Assembly (NCBI GenBank): GCA_045106895.1
Contig: JBGCFM010000061.1
Span: 1 to 60,254 of the forward strand
DNA from: Polyangiales bacterium
GTDB taxonomy: Bacteria; Myxococcota_A; Polyangia; Polyangiales; Houyiibacteriaceae
Length of the DNA: 60,254 nucleotides
Direction of reading: 5' to 3'
The notes beneath the pieces were generated by a model. That model did no database searches and was not told where the DNA came from. It saw nothing but the letters and a program-made list of their open reading frames with translations. Both the position numbers and the translations under genes were made by a program. Below, one piece after another: positions 46,090 through 55,360 of this stretch; within the stretch, counting starts at the first letter, position 1; each line of letters opens with the position of its first letter.

Positions 46090-47037
46090 TCAGTTTCCGG
46101 GGCGCCGGTTCATCGACGACAGGTGCGGCGCCGTGTGGGACGGCGGCGGGGCGACAATGCGCTGAATGGGGTGGGACTCCCCGTCCGGGAGCGGCGTCAT
46201 TTCGAGGATGGGAAGGTCTTCCGGGATCGTCGCGTGGAAGTGAAAGTCGTGCAGGTGATTGTGCGAGCGCATCGCTGCGCCAAATGGGTTTTCCGCGAAA
46301 CCTTGCTCGCCATACCAAGCGAGGAAGCGCTCGATGACGACCTCGTCGTTGTAGTAGATGCGGATCTTCCCGCCGGCGCATGTTGCGAGGACGCGAGCGA
46401 GGGTCTCCACGCGCTCTCGGAGCGCTTCGACCTCTTCGTCACTTTTGCCTTCGTAGTTGCTGGGGTAGTTGCCGGCTCCAGCGTTCTCCACCATCAGCGC
46501 GCCGAGAAGATAGATGTCGAAGTCCACGCCGTTGTCGTGGGTTCGGTGTCGCGGGCCAGGCGCGTCCAGATCGCCAACGGCGACGACTTGCTCAGGAAAG
46601 ACACGTTCGTAGTCGTCGAGGCTGGCGAGGAGGTACGAGACGAGGGCGGGGCGTCCCCACCAGTGCTCCATGATGGTGTTTCGCCAGCGCCGGTAGCGAC
46701 CCTCGGAGAGCGTCGCATGAGGCATCTGCCACTTGCACTGCGGGTAGCCGCGACCACGCTCGCACTCACGAGGCCGCGGGATTGGAATCGGTGGAACCAC
46801 GCAGCGATAGGGAGAAGCGTTGGCCTCGGGCGCGATGTCTTGTCGCGGCGCGGCGATTTCTTCGGCCTCGGGGTTCGCCTCTTCGCCGCTCTCCGTCGAG
46901 GCGCTCGTCGCGGACTCCGAAGTCTCGTCGGGGGATTCGTCTTGGGACGCCGGGGGATCCTCGCGGATTTCGCCGGAGACCTCTTCTTCGCACCCCAGCG
47001 CGAGAGAAAACAGTGCCAAGAAGGTGAGGTACTTCAC
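46090..47037 (-). CDS. Lipoprotein with MepA-like (LAS-type Zn) murein endopeptidase domain
   Basis: Lipobox ALG-C; WG.P.L, VGDL..PG.RHRTHDNGVDFDI, HDFHFH. Confidence 0.65.
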   Translation of the reverse strand: MKYLTFLALFSLALGCEEEVSGEIREDPPASQDESPDETSESATSASTESGEEANPEAEEIAAPRQDIAPEANASPYRCVVPPIPIPRPRECERGRGYPQCKWQMPHATLSEGRYRRWRNTIMEHWWGRPALVSYLLASLDDYERVFPEQVVAVGDLDAPGPRHRTHDNGVDFDIYLLGALMVENAGAGNYPSNYEGKSDEEVEALRERVETLARVLATCAGGKIRIYYNDEVVIERFLAWYGEQGFAENPFGAAMRSHNHLHDFHFHATIPEDLPILEMTPLPDGESHPIQRIVAPPPSHTAPHLSSMNRRPGN

Positions 47038-47111
47038 GCTCCGAGCTTAGGTGATTTCGCCCGTGACGCATCCACTTGCTGAGTGGCGGGCCGCGCAGTA
47101 GCGTCGCGGCC

Positions 47112-47912
47112 ATGACGAAGAACCTTCTCGAACTCGATGGCTGGGCAATTATTCTGGGGGCCTCAAGCGGTTTCGGAGAGCAGATCGCCCTGACGCTGGC
47201 GGACCAGGGCATGAACATCGCAGGTGTTCATCTCGATCGCCGCGCAGGGAAGAAGCACGTCGAGTCTCTGAAGGAGCAGATTGAAGCGAAGGGCCGTAAG
47301 GCTGTCTTCTTCAACATCAACGCCGCGGACGAAAAGAAGCGACAGGCCACCCTCGATTCGCTCTTGGAGCACACGGGCAAGAACGGCGTGCGAATCCTGG
47401 TTCATTCCCTGGCATTTGGGACCCTTCGTCCTTACTGGGCCGAGGATGACACCCCGCTGATCACGAAGGCGAACATGGACATGACCCTCGATGTCATGGC
47501 TCACAGCCTTCTTTACTGGACCCAAGATGTTCTCCATCGCGAGATGATGGGCGAGGGCGGACGTATCTTCGCGATGACCTCCGCAGGAAGCACATCCGTA
47601 TGGCAAGGCTACGGAGCGGTGAGTGCCGCCAAGTGCGCGCTCGAGTCGCACTGCCGTCAGCTCGCCGTCGAGCTCGCGCCGAAGGGCATCACGGCGAACG
47701 CGCTCTGCGCTGGCGTGACCGATACTCCTGCGCTTCGGAAGATCCCGGGCAGCGACACGATGATCGACTCGGCGAAGGTGCGAAACCCATACGGCCGCCT
47801 GACGACACCAGCGGATGTCGCGGAAGCAGTCGTCGCGTTGGCGACGCCTGCGACGCGCTGGATCACCGGCAACACGATCTATGTGGACGGTGGCGAGATC
47901 GTCGGCGGCTAA
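47112..47912 (+). CDS. SDR family oxidoreductase, enoyl-ACP reductase FabL-like
   Basis: LGASSGFG, Y-x6-K (YGAVSAAK), GVTDTPAL, WITG.TIYVDGG. Confidence 0.88.
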   Translation: MTKNLLELDGWAIILGASSGFGEQIALTLADQGMNIAGVHLDRRAGKKHVESLKEQIEAKGRKAVFFNINAADEKKRQATLDSLLEHTGKNGVRILVHSLAFGTLRPYWAEDDTPLITKANMDMTLDVMAHSLLYWTQDVLHREMMGEGGRIFAMTSAGSTSVWQGYGAVSAAKCALESHCRQLAVELAPKGITANALCAGVTDTPALRKIPGSDTMIDSAKVRNPYGRLTTPADVAEAVVALATPATRWITGNTIYVDGGEIVGG

Positions 47913-48751
47913 GGAGACTCGGGCGCCTGCCAGCGGCCATCGCGTAGCTCGAACCGGGTAGGCCCTGGCAATACAGCAGCCGTGATGGGATGGAGCGCGT
48001 CGCCTGGCAGTGCCAGCGTCGGGAACTCCTCTTTCGAAAACACGGGTTGAATCCGAGGGGGTGATGGCGGACAGAGCTGAAGCGCCTGTTCGATGGATTC
48101 GCAACCGGCGAGCAGAAGCAGCGTATGGAGCGTGGGCGGCGGGAGAATAATCTCCCCCGCGTTCGCCGCTTCGATAGCGTGTGCGGGGTCCAACCAATCG
48201 CCGGCGGTGACCTCCCGTTCATCGTGAACGCCGCTCTCGTGTTCTTCCGCGATGGTCAGGAAGAAGTGGGTGTCATAGCGACGGCGTTCCACCGTGGGTG
48301 TGATCCAGCGGGCGAAGGGGTGCAGCTCCGCGAGGTCCAGCCGCGAGTCGAAACGCTCAAGCACATCACCGAAGTGAATGGTTCCATCGTTGAGCTCGTC
48401 CCGCGCTTGAGTTCGCTCGTCTTCGTTTACTGAGGAGCCGGTGCATAAGAGCATCGCAGCTTCTTCGAAGGTCTCGCGAATCGCAGCGACGTGGGCGCGC
48501 AACGCGAGAGACTCATTGGCCTCGCTCAGCACACCCGCGCACTCGCTCGGGCTACGGCCGTGGCAGTAGCGTTCGAAGGTCGAGTCATCTTCTTCGATGA
48601 CGCCTCCTGGGAACACGTGAGCGCTCGCCATAAAGCCACTCTTGCCGTGGCGTTTGACGAGGAACACTTTGAAGCGCTCCGCGGCGGGGCGAAGCACGAT
48701 CAGAGTCGAGGCGTCGCGCGGCTTCGCTGGGTCGGGTTTTGTGCCCGTCAT
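47909..48751 (-). CDS. NUDIX hydrolase (NUDT19-like)
   Basis: PRDAST, VFPGG, AAIRETFEE, WITP...RRYDTHFF. Confidence 0.9.
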   Translation of the reverse strand: MTGTKPDPAKPRDASTLIVLRPAAERFKVFLVKRHGKSGFMASAHVFPGGVIEEDDSTFERYCHGRSPSECAGVLSEANESLALRAHVAAIRETFEEAAMLLCTGSSVNEDERTQARDELNDGTIHFGDVLERFDSRLDLAELHPFARWITPTVERRRYDTHFFLTIAEEHESGVHDEREVTAGDWLDPAHAIEAANAGEIILPPPTLHTLLLLAGCESIEQALQLCPPSPPRIQPVFSKEEFPTLALPGDALHPITAAVLPGPTRFELRDGRWQAPESP

Positions 48752-48755
48752 GAAC

Positions 48756-49565
48756 TCAGTCTTCGCTGAGAACGCGCGTGGTCGGAACGCCGATGGCGCC
48801 GGCCAGGCGAGACAGCGTTTCGAGGCTTGGCGTGTGCCGTCCAGCTTCAACTCGGGCGATATTTGGCCTGTGAATGCCTGTACGGCGGGCCAAATCGGCC
48901 TGCGTGAGGCCGGCTTCGAGGCGGAGCTCGCGAAGGCGCGCGCCAAGACGAACGCCGTCGATGGGGATGCCGCCGCCAGGCGCGGGCGTGTCCTGCGGAG
49001 CGAGGGAAGCCGCCTGTAGGCTCAAGGTCGTTCCCGACTCGAGCGTCAGGAGCGCCAGTGAGGCGTCGGGTTCGAGGGAGATGGCGACGACCTCGCTGCC
49101 GTCATCTTCTTTGTGAACGGGACGGCGCAGAAGCACGGAGTGACCGTCGCCGAGGATGGCGAGGATCTCGCCACTCCGTGGGCTCACGGTGACGAACTCG
49201 AAGCGACGCGCGCGTTCCCGGTCGAGACGACGCGCGAGTGTGGCCACGACACGATCGATGTCGACCTGCGAACGCGTGATGCGTCCGTCGCAGATCTCTT
49301 CGACGACATCTTCGACGTGCGCGTCTTCGATGTGCACGAAAGGAGTCGCTCCAAGAGCGCGCAAAAAACCGACGGCGGTGAGGAGCTCGTCTTCGTCGTA
49401 CGCGTCGGATGCGGCATCGATGACGCACGCGCTATTTCGGTCCGCGGCAACGCCAAGTTCTTCCGGCGCGCATACGCGAACACTGAAGCCGCTCCGCTCA
49501 AGTGCGGGCCGCCAGCTGGAAGCAAAATTGTTGCGGTTGGTGAAGAGGGTGACTGTCGCGGTCAT
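48756..49565 (-). CDS. XRE-family HTH regulator with N-terminal receiver-like domain
   Basis: C-terminal LGARLRELRLEAGLTQADLARRTGIHRPNIARVEAGRHTPSLETL. Confidence 0.85.
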   Translation of the reverse strand: MTATVTLFTNRNNFASSWRPALERSGFSVRVCAPEELGVAADRNSACVIDAASDAYDEDELLTAVGFLRALGATPFVHIEDAHVEDVVEEICDGRITRSQVDIDRVVATLARRLDRERARRFEFVTVSPRSGEILAILGDGHSVLLRRPVHKEDDGSEVVAISLEPDASLALLTLESGTTLSLQAASLAPQDTPAPGGGIPIDGVRLGARLRELRLEAGLTQADLARRTGIHRPNIARVEAGRHTPSLETLSRLAGAIGVPTTRVLSED

Positions 49566-49697
49566 CGTTCCTCGAAACGTGAGAGGAGTATGTACCGCAC
49601 ACTGTGGCCATCACTCAACTGTTCGCGAACCAAAAGTTCGTAGGCGGCCGAAATGCCGCACGTGCGCGACCTTGTAAAGCCAACACTTCAAAAAGGC

Positions 49698-49729
49698 TGT
49701 GGGTAGCTTGTGGATAGGTCTGTGGAAAA
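49698..49729. promoter_or_regulatory. Three tandem DnaA-box-like 9-mers
   Basis: TGTGGGTAG (49698), TGTGGATAG (49709), TGTGGAAAA (49721) compared with consensus TGTGGATAA. Confidence 0.6.
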
Positions 49730-49895
49730 TCGGTGCACTACATGTGCGCAAATTCGTTTCGCACCATGCACGCAGGGGTGAGCGTGTTCGCGTTGTCTGG
49801 GCAAAGAAATCGTGATGAAAACGATCGTCCAAGTGCGCGACAGATCGCGAATGCGATCGCGCTCGAATGGACTGACCTGTAGGCATCGAACGTCA

Positions 49896-49924
49896 TTGAC
49901 ACCCTAGGTTGCGATTGCTACTTG
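49896..49924 (+). promoter_or_regulatory. Putative sigma70 promoter of prs
   Basis: TTGACA-N17-TACTTG with extended TG; AGGAGG RBS downstream. Confidence 0.5.
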
Positions 49925-49964
49925 AGCGTCGAGCCGCGGATGCGCGCGGCGGTAGGAGGTCGCC

Positions 49965-50906
49965 GTGTTTAAGTCGACATGCATTTTTGCCGGTAACTCC
50001 AACATCCCTCTGAGTGAGGCGATTGCTGACTACTTGGAGATGCCGCTCGGGCGCGCGAAGATCACGCGTTTCTCCGATGGCGAAGTCTTTGCCGAGATCA
50101 AAGAGAACGTTCGTGGGGTCGACTGTTACGTCATCCAGCCCACGTGCAAACCCGTGAATGACAACCTCATGGAGTTGCTCGTAATGGTGGACGCGTTGAA
50201 GCGTGCTTCCGCCGGAGCCATCACCGCCGTTGTCCCTTATTACGGATACGCGCGACAGGATCGGAAGTCGGCGCCGCGGACTCCTATCACGGCCAAACTT
50301 GTCGCAGACTTGATGAGCGCTAGCGGGATCAATCGCGTCGTGTCGATGGACCTGCACGCGAGTCAGATTCAGGGCTTCTTCAACGTACCCTTCGATCACC
50401 TCTTCGCGATGCCAGTCTTCCTTGAACACTTGCGACCACGCTTTCGCGACAAGCCTGTTTTCGTGTCGCCGGATGCCGGCGGCGTGGAGCGCACACGTGC
50501 GTACGCCAAACGAATGGGCGCTGACCTCGCGATTATCGACAAGCGCCGCCCACGCGCGAACGTAAGCGAGATCATGCACATCATCGGCGAGATCGAAGGG
50601 CGTGACTGTGTTCTCCTCGACGACATGATCGACACCGCCGGTACCCTGACGAACGCCGCCTATGCGTTGAAGGAAGGTGGCGCGGCTCATATCTACGCGG
50701 CGGCGACGCACGGCGTCTTCTCTGGTCCGGCATTTGAACGAATCGTGGAGTCGCCCCTCGAAGAAGTGATCGTTACGGACACCATTCCCCTTCGAGATGA
50801 AGCCATCGGACACCCCAAGTTCCGCGTTCTCTCCGTCGCGAAGCTCTTGGGCGAGACGATCAAGCGCATTCACCACAGCGATTCCGTCAGCTCCCTCTTC
50901 GTTTGA
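49965..50906 (+). CDS. prs: Ribose-phosphate pyrophosphokinase
   Basis: [48 protein letters not shown]. Confidence 0.98.
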   Translation: MFKSTCIFAGNSNIPLSEAIADYLEMPLGRAKITRFSDGEVFAEIKENVRGVDCYVIQPTCKPVNDNLMELLVMVDALKRASAGAITAVVPYYGYARQDRKSAPRTPITAKLVADLMSASGINRVVSMDLHASQIQGFFNVPFDHLFAMPVFLEHLRPRFRDKPVFVSPDAGGVERTRAYAKRMGADLAIIDKRRPRANVSEIMHIIGEIEGRDCVLLDDMIDTAGTLTNAAYALKEGGAAHIYAAATHGVFSGPAFERIVESPLEEVIVTDTIPLRDEAIGHPKFRVLSVAKLLGETIKRIHHSDSVSSLFV

Positions 50907-51018
50907 GGACGGAAAGTCCGAAAAGTCTCTGACTAAAAACGTCTGAGTTTGACATCGGGCGAGCCACCGGTCACAACGCCGGCCCGCGCAGGCGCGCGGA
51001 TAAAAGGAGTTCGAGAAG

Positions 51019-51627
51019 ATGGAAACGACGACGTTGCAGGCTGAGGTCCGTACTCAAAGCGGAAAGGGGCCCGCTCGTCGGCTGCGCATGGAGGGGAAGC
51101 TCCCGGCCGTAATTTACGGACCAGGACTAGACCCAGTGCCGCTGACGGTGGACCCGGTTACTGTTCGCAAGACCCTCTCGGGGGACCGCGGGCGAAACAG
51201 CCTATTCACTATCCCTGTTTCAGGCGCTGACCATCTCGCGATGGTCAAGGACCTGGTTGTAGAGCCTGTCAGCCGCGAGCTGATCCACGTGGACTTCTAC
51301 TTGGTTTCGAAGGACCGGCCGGTCAACGCCGAGGTCCTCATCACCACGAGCGGTCGCGCCGTTGGTGTGGTCAAGGGTGGCAAGCTCAAGGTTTCGCGTC
51401 GCACGCTCAAGATTCGCTGCACGCCCGACAAGATTCCGAGCGTCCTCAACATCGATGTGAGCGCTCTCGATCTCTTCGAGACGCTCAAGGTTAAGGACCT
51501 CGATCTTCCCGAAGGTGTCGCCTGCACGCTGAATCCAGAGCACACAATCGTGTCGGTTCTTGAGAACAAGCGCGTTGAGGTTGCCGCGGAAGAAGAGACG
51601 GCCGCCGCTGAGCCAGCCGCAGGCTGA
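51019..51627 (+). CDS. rplY: 50S ribosomal protein L25 (Ctc form)
   Basis: GKGPARRLR..GKLPAVIYG, HVDF, GVVKGG; prs-rplY-pth synteny. Confidence 0.96.
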   Translation: METTTLQAEVRTQSGKGPARRLRMEGKLPAVIYGPGLDPVPLTVDPVTVRKTLSGDRGRNSLFTIPVSGADHLAMVKDLVVEPVSRELIHVDFYLVSKDRPVNAEVLITTSGRAVGVVKGGKLKVSRRTLKIRCTPDKIPSVLNIDVSALDLFETLKVKDLDLPEGVACTLNPEHTIVSVLENKRVEVAAEEETAAAEPAAG

Positions 51628-51684
51628 AGGAGTGGGCTGCCTCCTCTACCTCCGGGTAGCGGGTAGGCAGCCCGGCACCTCGCC

Positions 51685-52245
51685 ATGTATCTGATCGTAG
51701 GACTCGGAAACCCTGGCCCGAAGTATGTTGGCAATCGCCACAACATCGGGTTTTTGGTCGTGGATCATCTCGCTGACGACCTCGGGGTCTCCTTCCGCGA
51801 GAAGTTCAAAGGGCTCGTAGGCAAAGGAACGCTCCGCGGCGAGGACGTCATCTTGCTCAAGCCGATGACGTTTATGAACCTGAGCGGTGAGTCCGTTCAG
51901 AAGGCGATGGCCTTCTACAAGATCCCGCCAGAGGACGTCATCGTCGTTCACGACGAGCTCGACCTTGAAGAGGGCGTCATCCGGATCAAGAAGGGCGGCG
52001 GCACCGCCGGACACAATGGACTCAAGAGCATCGTCCAGCACTGCGGAGGCCCCGACTTTGTACGGATTCGCTACGGCGTGGGCAGGCCCCGAGGCGGGCA
52101 GGCCACGGCCAGCTACGTACTTTCGGACTTCAACGCGGACGAGATGGCCGTGCTTGGGGACGGCATCGCAAATGCCATAAAACGCGTGGAAGCCGTGCTC
52201 CGCCTTGGCCTCAGCGACGCCATGAATCGATACAATCGAAAGTAG
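51685..52245 (+). CDS. pth: Peptidyl-tRNA hydrolase
   Basis: IVGLGNPG, RHNIGF, KPMTFMNLSG, HDELD, GHNGLKS. Confidence 0.98.
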   Translation: MYLIVGLGNPGPKYVGNRHNIGFLVVDHLADDLGVSFREKFKGLVGKGTLRGEDVILLKPMTFMNLSGESVQKAMAFYKIPPEDVIVVHDELDLEEGVIRIKKGGGTAGHNGLKSIVQHCGGPDFVRIRYGVGRPRGGQATASYVLSDFNADEMAVLGDGIANAIKRVEAVLRLGLSDAMNRYNRK

Positions 52246-52353
52246 CTGGCGCGGCCCCGGTGATCGGCTATAGGTGGCGCCCCGCATCCGGCGGGGCATT
52301 TTACATATCATCCTCGCTCCAGTTTCACTGGGGCCCAAGTCCAGGAGGATCCC

Positions 52354-52941
52354 TTGGCTGAACAGACCCTCGCGAACCCCGCTAAAAAGTGGGCGCGCGA
52401 TTACGAAACCGTTTACATCCTTCGCCCCACGGTCGACTCCGACCAGGCGAAGAAGGTCGCAGACCGCGTCCAGGAAGTCATGACCAAGTCCGGCGCGAAG
52501 CTGACGAAGGTTGAGACCTGGGGCGTTCGTCGTCTCGCCTACGCCATCGCCAAGCATCGTCGCGGCATCTTCGTCTACATTCGCTTCTCCGCTTTCGGAG
52601 ACGTGGTGGCGGAGCTCGAGCGTAACCTGCGCCTCATGGAGCAGGTCATGCGTTACCAGACGATTGTCATCGGTGAGCGCGTCGACCTCGACGCCGTCGA
52701 CGTCAACGCCGAAGAAGCTGTCTTCGACACCATCGAGAAGCTCGAAGACGAAGCTGAGCTCACGACGGCACAGCAGCTTGGTATGGAGGAGCGGAAGCCT
52801 GCTCCTCGCGAAGAAGACAAAGCCGAGGGCGCCGCTGAAGGCGACGCCCCTGCTGAGGCCGCAGCCGATGACGCTGCGCCAGCCGAAGCCGCAACGGAAA
52901 CCGCAACAGCTGAATCGAGCGCAAGCTCGGAGGAAGAGTAA
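52354..52941 (+). CDS. rpsF: 30S ribosomal protein S6 with acidic tail
   Basis: YETVYILRP, WGVRRLAY.I.K...G; TTG start with AGGAGG RBS. Confidence 0.96.
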   Translation: MAEQTLANPAKKWARDYETVYILRPTVDSDQAKKVADRVQEVMTKSGAKLTKVETWGVRRLAYAIAKHRRGIFVYIRFSAFGDVVAELERNLRLMEQVMRYQTIVIGERVDLDAVDVNAEEAVFDTIEKLEDEAELTTAQQLGMEERKPAPREEDKAEGAAEGDAPAEAAADDAAPAEAATETATAESSASSEEE

Positions 52942-52944
52942 GCC

Positions 52945-53223
52945 ATGTCTGACCGAGATCGCGACCGCGACGAAAACATGGACGACCCGCTTGGACTTCG
53001 CCGCCGACGCGGCGGACGCAAGCGCGCGCCGGCCTTCACCGCAGAAGATGACTTCGCCTTTGACTACAAAGACCCGAACCAGCTTCGCTACTTCATCACC
53101 GACCGCGGCAAAATCGTCCCGCGCCGCATCAGCGGCCTCACGGCGGTTCAGCAGCGTCAGTTGACGGTCGCCATCAAGCGCGCCCGCAACATCGCTCTCC
53201 TGCCCTACACGGCAACGGCCTAA
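52945..53223 (+). CDS. rpsR: 30S ribosomal protein S18
   Basis: DYKD...[16 protein letters not shown]...QR.L..AIKRAR. Confidence 0.97.
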   Translation: MSDRDRDRDENMDDPLGLRRRRGGRKRAPAFTAEDDFAFDYKDPNQLRYFITDRGKIVPRRISGLTAVQQRQLTVAIKRARNIALLPYTATA

Positions 53224-53234
53224 GGAGCACTACG

Positions 53235-53705
53235 ATGGCACGCAACGTTCAAGTGGTTCTCCGCGGCAATGTCGACAACCTCGGCATCTCCGGCGCTGTT
53301 GTGAAAGTCCGACCGGGCTACGCACGCAACTACCTCATCCCTCGTGGGCTCGCAGTCATTGCTAGCCGCGCCAACGTTCGTCAGATCGAGCATGAGAAGC
53401 AGCTTGCTCTCGCTCGCCTGGAGCAGCGCAAGAAGGAAGCCCAAGAGACGGCACGTCGTTTCGAAGGCCTCACTCTCCACGTGGCCAAGCAGGTCGCCGA
53501 CGCAAACGACGGCAAGCTCTTCGGAGCTGTCACCGTTTCCGACATCATGGAGGCCCTTCAGATCAAGGGCTTCGGCGACGTCGACAAGCGAAACGTCGTT
53601 CTGCCCGAGGAGGACATCAAGTTCACCGGCAGCTACGAAGTCCGAATCCGCATTGCTGCTGGCGTGGAAGCGCCGGTCAAGCTTGAGGTCAAGACAGCTT
53701 CGTAA
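53235..53705 (+). CDS. rplI: 50S ribosomal protein L9
   Basis: LG..G.VVKVRPGYARNYLIPRGLA, GKLFGAVT. Confidence 0.97.
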   Translation: MARNVQVVLRGNVDNLGISGAVVKVRPGYARNYLIPRGLAVIASRANVRQIEHEKQLALARLEQRKKEAQETARRFEGLTLHVAKQVADANDGKLFGAVTVSDIMEALQIKGFGDVDKRNVVLPEEDIKFTGSYEVRIRIAAGVEAPVKLEVKTAS

Positions 53706-53739
53706 TCTTCCGCTCTTCTCGTAAGAGCTGGATGTGAAG

Positions 53740-53770
53740 AAGGCGCCTCCTTTTCGGAGCGCGCCTTTTT
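53740..53770 (+). terminator. Intrinsic terminator after rplI
   Basis: AAGGCGC-CTCC...GGAG-c-GCGCCTT hairpin followed by a T tract. Confidence 0.65.
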
Positions 53771-53824
53771 CCTTTCCGTCGCTGCGCGTATCGTGGCAGC
53801 GTTCCGTTACCCCCGCGGCGTCCG

Positions 53825-55273
53825 ATGTCTGAACCACGTTTTCGAAAAAAAGGCCCCTCGGGCCCCGAAGAAGCTGCCGCCGCCCTCGGAGTCGGTGGCC
53901 GCGTCCCTCCCAATTCACTGGACGCGGAGCGGGCGGTCCTCGGCGGAGTTCTCCTCGCCAACGACGCCATGAATCTCGTCGTAGAAATTCTCACGAAGGA
54001 GGACTTCTACTCGCAGGCCAACTCGACGATCTATGACTGCATGCGAGCCATCGCGTCACGCAGTCAGCCCATCGACCAGGTGACGCTGCGCGCGGAGTTG
54101 GTCCATCAGCAGAAGCTGCAGGCCATTGGCGGGGACGAGTATTTGTTCGCGCTGACGAATACGATTCCGACGGTGTCGAACATCGAGGCCCACGCCAAGA
54201 TCGTCAACGACAAGTCCGTCGTTCGGCGGCTTATTACCGCGTGTCATGAAATCGCGGCTTCCGGATACGGCGACTACGGCGAACTCGAAGGGTTCCTCGA
54301 CACGGCTGAATCGAGCGTCTTCAACGTCGCCAAGCAGCGCGCACGCAACCCGTACGAACACGTCAAAGACGTCGTCATGCGGACCTTCGAAGAGATCAAC
54401 GAGATGGCCAAGAGGGGAGAGGCCATCACGGGCTGTCCCACGGGCTTCGACAAGATCGACAAGATGACCGCAGGCATGCACCCCGGTGACCTCATCATCA
54501 TCGCCGGGCGACCCGGTATGGGTAAGACCTCTTTCGCCCTCAATGTCGGGCTCAACGCATGCGTCGCGCGGAAGAACGCGGTGGCCATATTCAGCCTCGA
54601 GATGCCGAAAGAGCAGCTCGTCAAACGTATGCTCTGTAGTGAAGCGCGCGTCGATGGAACGCGGCTTCGTACTGGACAGCTCACAAAAGACGACTGGCCG
54701 AAGCTCGCCAACGCAGCGGGCATCCTCTCCGAGCTACCTCTGTGGATCGATGACACGCCGGCGATTTCGATGCTCGAGTTGCGCGCGAAAGCGAGACGCC
54801 TTCAGAGCGAGGCGAAGGGCCTCGGCCTCATCGTCATCGACTACCTGCAGCTCATGCGTTCGGGGTCGAAGAACGACAGCCGCGAGCAGGAGATCAGTGA
54901 GATCTCACGAAACCTGAAGGCCATGGCGAAGGAGTTGAGCGTGCCTGTGATCGCGCTCTCTCAGCTCAACCGCGGTGTTGAGTCTCGAACGGACAAGCGA
55001 CCGCAGCTCTCCGACCTTCGTGAGTCAGGCGCCATCGAGCAGGATGCGGACACGATTTGGTTCGTCTATCGCGACGAGGTCTACAACCAGGACACCCAAG
55101 ACCGCGGCGTGGCGGAGATTGTCATCGGCAAGCAACGAGCAGGCCCGACGGGGACCGCGCGCATTCGCTTCTTCAACGAGTACACCCGCTTCGACAACCT
55201 CGCCGAGGGTGATTACTACGGCGGTGGCGGAAGCGGCGGCGGCGGCGACGCGTCAGAGTTCCGAGACGGCTGA
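53825..55273 (+). CDS. dnaB: Replicative DNA helicase
   Basis: PPNS.DAE, GRPGMGKT, FSLEM, IDYLQL, LSQLNR, SDLRESGAIEQDAD. Confidence 0.98.
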   Translation: MSEPRFRKKGPSGPEEAAAALGVGGRVPPNSLDAERAVLGGVLLANDAMNLVVEILTKEDFYSQANSTIYDCMRAIASRSQPIDQVTLRAELVHQQKLQAIGGDEYLFALTNTIPTVSNIEAHAKIVNDKSVVRRLITACHEIAASGYGDYGELEGFLDTAESSVFNVAKQRARNPYEHVKDVVMRTFEEINEMAKRGEAITGCPTGFDKIDKMTAGMHPGDLIIIAGRPGMGKTSFALNVGLNACVARKNAVAIFSLEMPKEQLVKRMLCSEARVDGTRLRTGQLTKDDWPKLANAAGILSELPLWIDDTPAISMLELRAKARRLQSEAKGLGLIVIDYLQLMRSGSKNDSREQEISEISRNLKAMAKELSVPVIALSQLNRGVESRTDKRPQLSDLRESGAIEQDADTIWFVYRDEVYNQDTQDRGVAEIVIGKQRAGPTGTARIRFFNEYTRFDNLAEGDYYGGGGSGGGGDASEFRDG

Positions 55274-55360
55274 AGAACGGCCCTTCGCTTGGGCGGCTCG
55301 ATTCGGTATGCTTCGCCGTGCGCTCGGGCGCACAGATTTGTAGTGGGGAAGACAGACGAT

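Noticed and set aside
49566..49964. oriC
   Set aside because: Only three boxes, no clear AT-rich unwinding element and no dnaA/dnaN/gidA nearby; cannot be supported from this window
53825..55273. Inteins in dnaB (also checked recA and polA)
   Set aside because: Protein lengths are normal and the motifs are contiguous
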